This document shows, piece by piece, positions 9,069 to 17,996 of a DNA stretch of 39,981 bases (positions are counted from its first letter, which is position 1; each line of letters begins with the position of its first letter). Below the pieces are notes generated by a model. It was not told where the DNA came from, did not search any database, and saw nothing but the letters and a program-made list of their open reading frames with translations. The stretch comes from Nitrospirota bacterium. GTDB taxonomy: Bacteria > Nitrospirota > Nitrospiria > Nitrospirales > NS-4. The translations under genes and the position numbers were made by a program. Location: the NCBI GenBank assembly GCA_005877505.1, contig VBOO01000060.1, positions 1 through 39,981 on the forward strand. The letters run 5' to 3'.

Positions 9069-10685
9069 ATGCCTGAACTCCTGCATGATTGGGTCAGCCT
9101 TCACGCGGCCATACGTCCGGACGCCATCGCGGTCGTCGGGAACGACGACACGTTGACGTATGCCCAGTTGGAGACCCGCTCGACCCAAGTCGCACGGATC
9201 CTCACGGAAGGAGGGTGCCACAAAGGGGACCGGATCTGCGTGCTGATGCCCAAATGCCCGGCCGCGATTGTTTGCCTGCTCGCTATTTACAAGGCCGGTG
9301 GCGTGTACGTTCCGCTCGACCCGGCGAGTCCCCCAGCGCGGCTCGAAAAAATTCTGGACTCCTGTGACACGCGGTGGCTCCTGGCCGCGGGACCGACGAC
9401 GCGCTTGCTGGACGCAGTCTTCGAGCACGAGCCATTTCGAACCTCGATCTCCATCGGGTGGATGGATGCTCACCCGCCGAAGGAGACGACCTTCCGAATC
9501 GCATTCTCGATCGATGATGTTCGGAGCCAGCCCGTCACGCCTCCCGTCTCCCGCACAACCCGACGCGATCCCGCCCACATCCTGTACACCTCCGGTTCGA
9601 CGGGGATCCCCAAAGGAGTGGTCATCACGCATGCCAACGTCATCCATTTCGTCGAATGGGCCGTCAAATATTTCGACCTCAGCCCCTCCGATCGGATCTC
9701 CGGCCACCCTCCGCTCCATTTCGACCTGTCCTTCTTCGATATCTTCGGGACGTTTGCGGCGGGGGCACAGCTTCACCTGGTTCCCACGGAACTGAACCTG
9801 CTCCCGAACAAGATGGCCGAGTTTATTCGCGCCTCGGAGTTGACGCAATGGTTTTCGGTCCCCTCTGTGCTGACCTATATGGCGAAGTTCGAGGCCGTGC
9901 GGATCGGTGACTTTCCGACACTGAGGCGGTTGCTGTGGTGCGGTGAAGTGTTCCCGACGCCGTCGCTCATGCATTGGATGAGACGGCTGCCCCACGTGAA
10001 ATTCACCAATCTGTACGGCCCGACGGAGGCCACGATCGCCAGCAGTTATTACACCGTGCCCACATGCCCAGACGATGAGAAGGCGGCGATCCCGATCGGA
10101 ACGGCCTGCGAGGGTGAGGAGCTGCTCGTGCTGGACGAGCGGTTACAACCCGTTCCGCACGGACAGGTTGGAGACCTCTATATTCGCGGGGCCGGTCTGA
10201 GCCCAGGCTACTGGCGAGACCTCGACAAGACGGAGGCCGTCTTCCTGCGCAATCCCCGCAGTTCGGACCCCTCCGATCGGATCTATAGAACCGGAGACCT
10301 GGCCCACATCGGTTCCGATGGCCTCGTCTATTTTCTGGGACGGGCGGATTCGCAGATCAAGAGCCGGGGCTATCGGATCGAGCTGGGCGAGATTGAAACA
10401 GCCGTGAATGCGATCGCCTCCGTGCGGGAGAGCGCGGTCGTGGCCCTGTCTAGCGACGGGTTTGAAGGCGCGAGCATCTGTTGCGCGTACGTCCCGGCGC
10501 CGGGCGCCATCATAACCCCGGTGACGCTACGGAAAGCGCTGAGCACGGTCTTGCCCAACTACATGTTGCCCTCCCAGTGGTTGGTGTTCGAGCGACTGCC
10601 CACAAACGCGAATGGGAAGATTGATCGCCGTCAGCTCAAAGAGGCCTTCGCAGGCGATGCGACTCAGACCGCTCGACAGTCCTGA
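9069..10685 (+). CDS. stand-alone adenylation (ANL-family) enzyme, DltA/NRPS A-domain-like
   Basis: Core motifs present: ..LTYAQLETRS.., ..ILYTSGSTGIPKGVVITH.., ..NLYGPTEATI.., ..YRTGDLA.., ..GRADSQIKSRGYRIELGEIE.., ..NGKIDRRQL... No condensation, thiolation or thioesterase domain is fused. Confidence 0.9.
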   Translation: MPELLHDWVSLHAAIRPDAIAVVGNDDTLTYAQLETRSTQVARILTEGGCHKGDRICVLMPKCPAAIVCLLAIYKAGGVYVPLDPASPPARLEKILDSCDTRWLLAAGPTTRLLDAVFEHEPFRTSISIGWMDAHPPKETTFRIAFSIDDVRSQPVTPPVSRTTRRDPAHILYTSGSTGIPKGVVITHANVIHFVEWAVKYFDLSPSDRISGHPPLHFDLSFFDIFGTFAAGAQLHLVPTELNLLPNKMAEFIRASELTQWFSVPSVLTYMAKFEAVRIGDFPTLRRLLWCGEVFPTPSLMHWMRRLPHVKFTNLYGPTEATIASSYYTVPTCPDDEKAAIPIGTACEGEELLVLDERLQPVPHGQVGDLYIRGAGLSPGYWRDLDKTEAVFLRNPRSSDPSDRIYRTGDLAHIGSDGLVYFLGRADSQIKSRGYRIELGEIETAVNAIASVRESAVVALSSDGFEGASICCAYVPAPGAIITPVTLRKALSTVLPNYMLPSQWLVFERLPTNANGKIDRRQLKEAFAGDATQTARQS

Positions 10686-11163
10686 ACTGATCCACCTCGT
10701 GGCGAAGTGGTTGGCTCAAAAAGAGAACTACCAATGGCTGGACTTTGGCGATGGACGGCAGAGTCTCACGCCGGAGTGGCTCAAAATCATGACCCAGCGG
10801 CAGTCTGACGTGCTCAGGGCGTTCACGGCTGATGGGAGCGATGTCCCGATCGGAGTCGTGGGGCTGAGCAACGTCGATCGTCACTTCAAAACGGCCAGGC
10901 TCTGGGTGGTCGCAGGGGATAAATCCTTCAGCGCGAGGGGCTATGCGCACCGGGCGACCTCACGGATGCTCACCCTGGCGTTTCGGGAATTGGGCCTTCA
11001 CGCGGTGAACACATGGATCGTCGAGGGCAATCCTTCCGTGCGAGGCGCCAAGCGCCTCAACTTTCAGTACATCGGGCGACAACGCCACTGTCACTACATC
11101 GACGGTCGCCCGTACGACCGCCTCTGGTTCGATCTGCTGGCTTCGGAGCATAAGGAAATCTGA
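10657..11163 (+). CDS. GNAT N-acetyltransferase (RimJ/RimL-like)
   Basis: The likely start is the ATG at 10657 (MRLRPLDSPELIH..), overlapping the upstream gene by 29 nt; the listed 10612 start is an out-of-frame extension inside that gene. GNAT core ..ARLWVVAGDKSFSARGYAHRATSRMLTLAFRELGLHAVNTWIVEGNPSVRGAKRLNFQYIG... Confidence 0.85.
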   Translation: MRLRPLDSPELIHLVAKWLAQKENYQWLDFGDGRQSLTPEWLKIMTQRQSDVLRAFTADGSDVPIGVVGLSNVDRHFKTARLWVVAGDKSFSARGYAHRATSRMLTLAFRELGLHAVNTWIVEGNPSVRGAKRLNFQYIGRQRHCHYIDGRPYDRLWFDLLASEHKEI

Positions 11164-11186
11164 GCGGAGATTCCGGACGATGACGT

Positions 11187-12077
11187 ATGAACCCGGTCAT
11201 TGAAGCGTACTCCCGCATCGCGAGCGAATACGACCACCCCAGGAATATCGAGTCTTGCTGGGGCTCTATCACGCAGCACTCCCTGGGCCTTGTGACCCTC
11301 AGGGACGGACACAAAACCGTGGCCGACATCGGATGCGGGACAGGTCGGGACCTAGCCCGACTCGCATCGGCGAGCCCACCTGATGTGCGGTTCATCGGAG
11401 TGGAGCCGGCTGCGAATATGCGCAGCATCGCGGTTGGCCGGACAGCGCACTTTCCGAACGTGCGCATTATCGATGGGCGCTTCGAAAGACTCCCGCTGGA
11501 GAGCCAGTCGATCGATTATCTGTACAGCATCCTGGCGTTTCATTGGACGACGGACTTAGGCAAATCGGTGGCCGAGCTGGCGCGTGTCATGAAGCCGACT
11601 GGCGAGCTGGATATGACGTTCATCGGCCGACACAATGGTCGGGAGTTTATCCGGAAGACAACGCCCGTGTTCTTCAAATACCTGACCCCAGCCACGATGA
11701 TCAAGGCCGTCTCGCTGCGGAAACAGATGACCCTCGAGGCTGCCACTGCGCTATTCCGCACCGCATTCGGCCCACCCGGGCTCAGCGTGACCGAGTCCTA
11801 TCACACCTGCTACGACACGCTAGAGGGGCACTGGGGCTGGTGGGTCCGCATCGAAAGTCAGTTACTGGACATCCCTGAGGCAAAGAAGGCCGAATGCGAG
11901 CACGCGGTTCGAGGAGCGATAGCCACGCTGGCGACGGACAAAGGCATTCCCTACACGGTTCACCTGCTCCATGTACGGCTGCGACACGAAGAATTGACGG
12001 AAAGGGCCGTCAGCCAGGATTGCACACACGCCGTGGAACGCACCGAGATGGTTGGGTTCGGGCATAAGGAACTCTGA
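11187..12077 (+). CDS. class I SAM-dependent methyltransferase
   Basis: Motif I ..VADIGCGTGRDL.. and post-I/II segments ..FIGVEP.., ..IDYLYSILAFHW.., ..VMKPTGEL... Confidence 0.85.
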   Translation: MNPVIEAYSRIASEYDHPRNIESCWGSITQHSLGLVTLRDGHKTVADIGCGTGRDLARLASASPPDVRFIGVEPAANMRSIAVGRTAHFPNVRIIDGRFERLPLESQSIDYLYSILAFHWTTDLGKSVAELARVMKPTGELDMTFIGRHNGREFIRKTTPVFFKYLTPATMIKAVSLRKQMTLEAATALFRTAFGPPGLSVTESYHTCYDTLEGHWGWWVRIESQLLDIPEAKKAECEHAVRGAIATLATDKGIPYTVHLLHVRLRHEELTERAVSQDCTHAVERTEMVGFGHKEL

Positions 12078-12078
12078 C

Positions 12079-12351
12079 GTGTCCGAGGCGAGCCCCGTAG
12101 ACAGTCGGGTCGTCAGGTTGTTCGAAGAGACCCTCCGTCTGGAGCTCCCGTCCGCCGACACGGACTTGTTTGAAACCGGGGTGCTGGATTCCATGGCCTT
12201 CGTGGAACTCCTGCATGAGTTGGAGCAGCAGTTCGGGATCACGGTGCCAATCGAAGACCTCGAACTCGACAACTTCCGAACCATCAAGAAGATTGAAGAA
12301 TTCGTCGCCAACCGCGAGCGCCTGCCAGAATCGGCTCAGCGGGGACCGTGA
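12079..12351 (+). CDS. acyl/aminoacyl carrier protein, DltC-like
   Basis: ..DLFETGVLDSMAFVELLHELEQQFGITVPIEDLELDNFRTIKKIEEFV.. closely parallels DltC (..FEEGLLDSFGTVELLL..F....P..). The putative phosphopantetheinyl Ser codon is at 12190-12192. A GTG start at 12079, one nt after the upstream stop, is favoured over the overlapping start at 12052. Confidence 0.8.
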   Translation: MSEASPVDSRVVRLFEETLRLELPSADTDLFETGVLDSMAFVELLHELEQQFGITVPIEDLELDNFRTIKKIEEFVANRERLPESAQRGP

Positions 12352-12416
12352 CTCTTCGCCGCGGCCCTGAAGCCTCCCCGCACGGCTTCCGGTAGGAGTC
12401 CACAGACAGAGTCCAC

Positions 12417-13511
12417 ATGGAACGGATACGGCCATTTGTCGAAGGTGACATTCCGCGAGTCGCGGACTTGCACCGAAGGGTGTTTCGCACCAGCGCGCAC
12501 TCCTCCGAGCAACTCCAGGCGCAGTACGCCCGGTATTTCAAACAGGTCTTCTTGAACAATCCCTGGTACGATGAACGCCTCCCTTCGCTGGTATGTGAAA
12601 CCGCTCAGGGCGCGATCGCCGGATTTCTTGGGGTGATGCCGCGGTGGTTGTCCATCAAGGGCCAGCCGATTCAAGCGGCGGTCAGCTCGCAATACATTGT
12701 CGAGCCCGGCCCGCGTTCCACCGTGGCGGCCTTGCAGTTGGCGAAGGCCTTTCTCGCAGGGCCTCAGGATCTCTCGCTGGCTGATGAAGCGAGCACCGCA
12801 ATGCGCAGTCTTTGTGAGCGAGCGGGAGGCAGCACGGCATTGTTGTATAGCCTCTCGTGGGGACGCTTCTTACGACCCAGTCAGGTTGTGCTCTCCCGGT
12901 TCGCGAAGCAGCGGCCGCTCAAGCCGTTCGCACTCGCTCTACGGCCGCTGTCTCGCGCTGTGGACGGCATGGCGGTCCGAACGCCCGGGAGTCCGTTCCG
13001 GCAAGTCGCGCCTTCGCTCTCAGGCGGTGACCTCTCCCCGGAGACCCTCCTTGCCTGCCTGTCAGAATTCACGCATGATCGGGCGGTTCGGCCGGAATAC
13101 GACGTGGGTTCGTTGAAATGGCTCTTTGACGTCCTGGCTCAACGGAGCGAGCATGGCCTGTTTCAGAAAACAGCCCTGCGCAACACCATGGGGGAGATCG
13201 TCGGCTGGTATCTCTATCAGCTCAATGGGGGAGGCATCGCAGAAGTGGTCCAAGTTGGGGCGAAGAAGGATTTCATCAAGCCGGTCCTTGATCACCTCTT
13301 CTACCATGCCTGGCGCCATGGCGCGATCGCGCTCACGGGACGACTCGACCCTCAGATCATCCGGGAGCTGTCTGAGCGCTCCAGCGTCTTCCACCATCGC
13401 GGCCAATGGGTGCTGGTGCATTCCCGCATACCCGAACTGCTGCACGCCATCCACCGCGGCGATGCCTTTCTGACGCGATTAGAAGGCGAGTGGTGCATGC
13501 GTTTCAGCTAG
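12417..13511 (+). CDS. large (364-aa) GNAT-like acyltransferase, Eis-size
   Basis: MERIRPFVEGDIPRVADLHRRVF.. followed by ..GAIAGFLGVMPRWLSIKGQPIQAAVSSQYIVEP..RSTVAALQLAKAF.. resembles two-domain GNATs. The assignment is weaker than for the other GNATs. Confidence 0.6.
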   Translation: MERIRPFVEGDIPRVADLHRRVFRTSAHSSEQLQAQYARYFKQVFLNNPWYDERLPSLVCETAQGAIAGFLGVMPRWLSIKGQPIQAAVSSQYIVEPGPRSTVAALQLAKAFLAGPQDLSLADEASTAMRSLCERAGGSTALLYSLSWGRFLRPSQVVLSRFAKQRPLKPFALALRPLSRAVDGMAVRTPGSPFRQVAPSLSGGDLSPETLLACLSEFTHDRAVRPEYDVGSLKWLFDVLAQRSEHGLFQKTALRNTMGEIVGWYLYQLNGGGIAEVVQVGAKKDFIKPVLDHLFYHAWRHGAIALTGRLDPQIIRELSERSSVFHHRGQWVLVHSRIPELLHAIHRGDAFLTRLEGEWCMRFS

Positions 13512-13556
13512 CCCGACCGGTCTGGGTGGGCGTCTGATTCTCGAGAGGGTGGCACT

Positions 13557-16508
13557 ATGAATGCGGATCAAGATACTCCCCCCGTTGAGTTTGCTCAAGG
13601 CTCCGCATCCAACGAGTCGCTTCTGTTGGAGCCTGCGCAACAGCCCTTCCACACGGAGCTCTTGGATACGGAGCTGCGGTTCTATCGCAGTTACTCGTGG
13701 TCTCTGAACGCATGCCCCACGATCCAAGAGGTCGTCGGATACCTCCGCATGGAACTGAGCAAGTTCGAAGAGGTTGACGAAGAGTGGCAACGCGCCGAGG
13801 TCCTGAAAAATGTCTTTCTGCTGGCGTGCGCGATTTCTGACACGGTTGACGCCTATCTGCTCGGGGAGAGGTACGACTTTTCCCCCGTGAGGACGGTGGT
13901 CCCCTGGCTCGGGCCCGCGATATGGCCAGTGGAGCGGCTGCTGAGAGTGTCGAGAAAAGTTCGCGAGTGGCGCCACCGCCACATCCGCGCATGGAGGGAG
14001 AACTGGGAAGTCGGCGTCGTGCGATTCTTGCGGGCCTTCGTGGCCGAGGAGAAACTCAGTGGGAATGCGCTCTCAGATGCACGAGACGGGTTGGCAGGGT
14101 TGCTATCCGCCTCGCTTCCCGCTGAATTGCAGAACCGCCGTGCCAGAATTCCGGCCGCCTTCCGCACGCAGGACCTCACGCATGTCGACATCCTATCGCT
14201 GGGCCGGACACTGGTGTCCACATTCCCGGACCGGCAGCGACCGATTGTGGTCGTGGGACTCCGCACAGTGGGTTCTTACTTCGCGCCGCTCCTGCGCGCC
14301 TATCTCGACGCCCAAGGCTATCAAGACGTGGATTCGGTGACCATTCGTCCGAAGAAAGGCATCGCGAGGTGGGAGGGCGCGAGGCTTGCGCACGGCGCCA
14401 AGCGAGGCGGACTCGCCGTGCTTCTTGACGAGCCGCCCAACACCGGCGGCACTCTCACCAAAGCCCTGGACCTGATCCGCAAGGCAGGGTTCGCCGCCAG
14501 CCAAGTCGTGGCCCTGTTTCCCGTTCATCCAACCCGGCGCGATTGGGCAACCGGCTATGAATTCCTGCCGCTTCGGGGTAGCGGCATCATCACCCTCGAA
14601 CCCGAGCGCTGGCACATGCCGCAGTTGTTGGAGTCCGGAGCCGTCGAATCCCGTTTGGAGGAGTATTTCAAGCGACGCGGTTACTCCAGCATACGGGTGG
14701 TGGCCAGCGCCACTGCGGACCGCCTGAACGCTGACCTGCAACGCTTCTCGGAGGAGAAATTTCATACACGACTGAAGCGCATTTACGAAGTCCGGTTCCA
14801 CGATCACGGGAATGGTGGGAGAATCGCCACCCGATACGTCCTCGCCAAGAGCGTGGGCTATGGATGGCTGGGGTATCACGCATTTCTTGCCGGGCGCCTT
14901 CTGTCCGAGTTCGTCCCGCCTATTCTGGGCCTGCGCGACGGGATCCTCTACACCGAGTGGCTCCCGCAGAGCCACCCCGGTGCGGCTGATGGAGACCGGG
15001 ACCAGGTGATCAGACGTGCGGCCTCGTATGTCGCGGCGCGAGTCCGTTTCCTGGGCTTGGGAAGAGACCCCGCGCCCGACTTGAGCCGAGCCGACCAGCA
15101 TAAAGGCTCCACGCTGCTAGCCGAGGCCCTCAGCAGGGCCTACGGCTGGAAGGCGGCGGCCGCTTTGAAGAGCGAGCGAATCCGGCATGAGCTGTCGCGC
15201 CGCCCCTGCCCTTTTCCCACCCTGATCGACGGCAAGATGCGCCGGCAGGAATGGATCGCAGGGCCGTCCGCGCTGCTCAAGACGGATTTCGAGCAGCACG
15301 GCCTGGGGAAGCACGATCTGAACATGACGGACCCCGCGTACGATCTCGCCGAGGTCATCCATTCTTTCAGGCTCTCACAAGGCGAAGAGCGGAGGCTCAT
15401 GGCGCGCTACGTGGAGGAGTGCGGAGACGCCGGAATAGAGGAACGCCTCTTCTTGAACAAACTGCTCGCGGGAAGATGGTCCACGGCGACGGCTCTCGGC
15501 AACCTTGCCGATCCGCGACTTGCGCACCGACACCAGGAGTTCAATCAACAATATGTGGAGGCGATAAACTTCCTGACCGTGCACACCATGCGGCTCTGTG
15601 CCGGCTTCTGCCAGCGTCCAGAGACGGTACGCTGGCACTCACCGCTCGTGGTGATGGACATCGACGGCGTTCTGGACAAGCAGATCTTCGGGTTTCCGTC
15701 CACCACCGCGGCTGGTATTCGCGCGGTGTCATTGCTCCATGCCCATGACGTGGCCGTCGCGGTGAACACCGCGCGAACGGCATCGGAGGTGAAGGAGTAT
15801 TGCAGCGCGTACGGATTCGTCGGAGGCGTCGCCGACTATGGGGGGATGATCTGGGATGCCGTGGCCGGCCAAGAGCGTGTGTTGGTGAGCGCCGAGTCGC
15901 TGGACCAGTTGGAAAAGGTACGCAGCGTGCTCCGACAGATTCCAGGCGTGTTCCTCGACGACCACTATCGGTACTCCATTCGAGCTTACACGTATGAGCG
16001 GGGCACGACGGTCCCCCTCCCGACGATCTTGATCCAGCATGTGATGGCTGACTTGAAGGTCGATCGGCTCAGGTTTTACCAGACCTATGTGAATACCGCC
16101 GTGCTTCCCAACGACGTGGACAAGGGCACCGGCTTGCTCGCGTTGCTCGCGCTGGCGGGACAGCGCGAAATCGAAACGATCGCGATTGGAGACTCCGAGC
16201 CCGACCTGGCGATGTTTCGCGTCGCAAGCCGTTCATTCGCTCCTTCACACATTTCAGGCCGGGCGGTCGCGAGGTTGCTCGGGTGCCGGATCGCCGATCG
16301 CTCCTTTCAGCCTGGCTTCCTCCGTATCGTCCGGTCCATTGTCCATCCTGACGGCGGCCGATGCGACCGATGCCGGAGCGCCGAGCGGGCGGGGCCCGAG
16401 GAGAAGGATCTTTTCTGGGAACTGTTAGAAGCGGCGGATCGGTCGCGGCCGCACTTGCTGCTGAAGGCCCTGCTGGACCCCTTGGCTTTCCAGACTTTTA
16501 CCAAATGA
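13557..16508 (+). CDS. 983-aa multidomain protein: unknown N-domain + PRTase-like + kinase(APH)-like + HAD-IIB-like phosphatase
   Basis: PRPP-loop-like ..LAVLLDEPPNTGGTLTKALDLIRKAGF.. (about 14411-14490). APH/choline-kinase-like ..LLKTDFEQHGLGKHDLNMTDPAYDLAEV.. with a non-canonical catalytic-loop position (..LIDGKMRRQEW..). HAD motif I ..VVMDIDGVLD.. (Asp codons 15657-15665), motif II ..VAVNTART.. and motif IV ..AIGDSEPDLAMF... Confidence 0.75.
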   Translation: MNADQDTPPVEFAQGSASNESLLLEPAQQPFHTELLDTELRFYRSYSWSLNACPTIQEVVGYLRMELSKFEEVDEEWQRAEVLKNVFLLACAISDTVDAYLLGERYDFSPVRTVVPWLGPAIWPVERLLRVSRKVREWRHRHIRAWRENWEVGVVRFLRAFVAEEKLSGNALSDARDGLAGLLSASLPAELQNRRARIPAAFRTQDLTHVDILSLGRTLVSTFPDRQRPIVVVGLRTVGSYFAPLLRAYLDAQGYQDVDSVTIRPKKGIARWEGARLAHGAKRGGLAVLLDEPPNTGGTLTKALDLIRKAGFAASQVVALFPVHPTRRDWATGYEFLPLRGSGIITLEPERWHMPQLLESGAVESRLEEYFKRRGYSSIRVVASATADRLNADLQRFSEEKFHTRLKRIYEVRFHDHGNGGRIATRYVLAKSVGYGWLGYHAFLAGRLLSEFVPPILGLRDGILYTEWLPQSHPGAADGDRDQVIRRAASYVAARVRFLGLGRDPAPDLSRADQHKGSTLLAEALSRAYGWKAAAALKSERIRHELSRRPCPFPTLIDGKMRRQEWIAGPSALLKTDFEQHGLGKHDLNMTDPAYDLAEVIHSFRLSQGEERRLMARYVEECGDAGIEERLFLNKLLAGRWSTATALGNLADPRLAHRHQEFNQQYVEAINFLTVHTMRLCAGFCQRPETVRWHSPLVVMDIDGVLDKQIFGFPSTTAAGIRAVSLLHAHDVAVAVNTARTASEVKEYCSAYGFVGGVADYGGMIWDAVAGQERVLVSAESLDQLEKVRSVLRQIPGVFLDDHYRYSIRAYTYERGTTVPLPTILIQHVMADLKVDRLRFYQTYVNTAVLPNDVDKGTGLLALLALAGQREIETIAIGDSEPDLAMFRVASRSFAPSHISGRAVARLLGCRIADRSFQPGFLRIVRSIVHPDGGRCDRCRSAERAGPEEKDLFWELLEAADRSRPHLLLKALLDPLAFQTFTK

Positions 16509-16750
16509 AGCGAAAACACAGCCGCGTTGTGACCAAGGCCCGGATAGACAAAGCGGCCTACGGCTATATCCAAGCCCGACGGGCAGCCAGCCAATCGGTC
16601 ATCCTCGACCGGCACCTGGACCTTTGGCGAGCGATTCCTTTGCTACTGGGTGGGCGGGATCGACGAGTTGCAAGTCACACTCGAGGCGCTGAAGTCGCCT
16701 GGGACAACTCACGCCTCGAACTGAATCAGCTGCCCAAGACGCCAGAATAG
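16505..16750 (+). CDS. hypothetical basic 81-aa protein (tentative)
   Basis: The ATG at 16505 overlaps the upstream stop (ATGA, 16505-16508). The ORF fills an otherwise unexplained 257-bp spacer. No recognisable motif. A neighbouring frame also reads protein-like (..GGIDELQVTLEALKS..), so it may be a frameshifted relic. Confidence 0.3.
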   Translation: MKRKHSRVVTKARIDKAAYGYIQARRAASQSVILDRHLDLWRAIPLLLGGRDRRVASHTRGAEVAWDNSRLELNQLPKTPE

Positions 16751-16765
16751 GGAGAGCGTGCACTG

Positions 16766-17977
16766 ATGGAGCCAGCAGCGCTGATCGCGCCGACGGCGGC
16801 ACCCGCTATATCGGATGTTCGGGTCGAAACGATTTCAGACTACAAGTCGTTCCTTGACCTCGAGCCCGTATGGAACGACCTCGTCGAGGCGGCGGGAATT
16901 GATCATCCTTTTCTCACCTACGAGTGGGTGCGCACGTGGTGGGAGTGCTTCGGCGAGGGGAAGCAGCTCCACATCCTCGTGGTAAAAGATGGGACGGGGC
17001 CCATCGCCATCGCCCCGTTAATGGTCAGCCATGGGCGGATGTACGGGATGTACGGCCTGCGGGTGCGCCAGATCGAGTCGCTCGGCAACGTCCACACTCA
17101 GCGCTTCGACTTTATCATGGCCCGCCGAGCGCGCGAGGCCTACAGCGCAATCTGGAAGCGCCTTGTAAACGACGCAGACCAATGGGATATGCTGCAGCTA
17201 TGCCAGTTGCCTCCCGGCTCGAGAACCCTCGAGGAACTGCCGAAGCTCGCCGCGGCAGACGGCTTCCTTACGGGCCTCTGGCATTCGGGCGATTCGCCCT
17301 ATCTCCCCTTGACCGGCGGGTGGGAAAGCTCCTTGACGAGCCTGGATGCCAAACACCGCGCGAATCTCCGCAACCGGCTCAAGCGCATCAGCCGGCTCGG
17401 GAAGGTGTCATTGGAGGTGGTTTCAGGCGGTGAGGAGCTGGCAGCGGCTCTGGAAGAAGGACTGCGCATTGAGGCGGCGGCCTGGAAAGGAGAGGCCGGG
17501 ACCGCGATTTGCAGCCGGCTCGACCTCCGGCATTTCTATACGAAGTTCGCCGAGCGAATGGCAGCGCGCGGCTGGCTGCGCTTGTTCTTCCTCACCGTCG
17601 ATCATCGCAGAATCGCCTTTCATTATTCCGTTTGCTGCAGGAACAAGCTGTACCTGCTCAAGCCGGGCTATGACCCAGCCTATGCCCCGTATTCTCCCTC
17701 GAACTTACTGTGTTACCTGGTGCTCCGCGACGCCTGCGACCGCGGCCTCGTTGAATATGGTTTCCTGGGAACTAGTGAGCCATGGAAGCTGGAATGGACG
17801 CGCAAGACGAAGCCGCACTACTGGCTGTTTATCTTTCCAAGACTATGGCGCCCGCGCCTGCTCCACTATGCCAAGTTTCGAATAGTCCCGCTCCTTCAGC
17901 GACTAGGGTTATTCCAACTCGCGCGTGAGGCCGTGGCACGAGTAAGCAGGTTGTTCGGCTTTTGCAAGGCGAGCTGA
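16766..17977 (+). CDS. CelD/BcsL / FemAB-like GNAT-fold acyl(aminoacyl)transferase, copy 1
   Basis: ..ISDYKSFLDLEPVWNDLVEAAGIDHPFLTYEWVRTWWECFGEGKQLHILVV.. and ..LKPGYDPAYAPYSPSNLL.. are typical of the CelD-like (Acetyltransf_6) family. Paralogous to 22684-23880. Confidence 0.8.
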   Translation: MEPAALIAPTAAPAISDVRVETISDYKSFLDLEPVWNDLVEAAGIDHPFLTYEWVRTWWECFGEGKQLHILVVKDGTGPIAIAPLMVSHGRMYGMYGLRVRQIESLGNVHTQRFDFIMARRAREAYSAIWKRLVNDADQWDMLQLCQLPPGSRTLEELPKLAAADGFLTGLWHSGDSPYLPLTGGWESSLTSLDAKHRANLRNRLKRISRLGKVSLEVVSGGEELAAALEEGLRIEAAAWKGEAGTAICSRLDLRHFYTKFAERMAARGWLRLFFLTVDHRRIAFHYSVCCRNKLYLLKPGYDPAYAPYSPSNLLCYLVLRDACDRGLVEYGFLGTSEPWKLEWTRKTKPHYWLFIFPRLWRPRLLHYAKFRIVPLLQRLGLFQLAREAVARVSRLFGFCKAS

Positions 17978-17996
17978 AGCGTACACCCTGCGCGCC

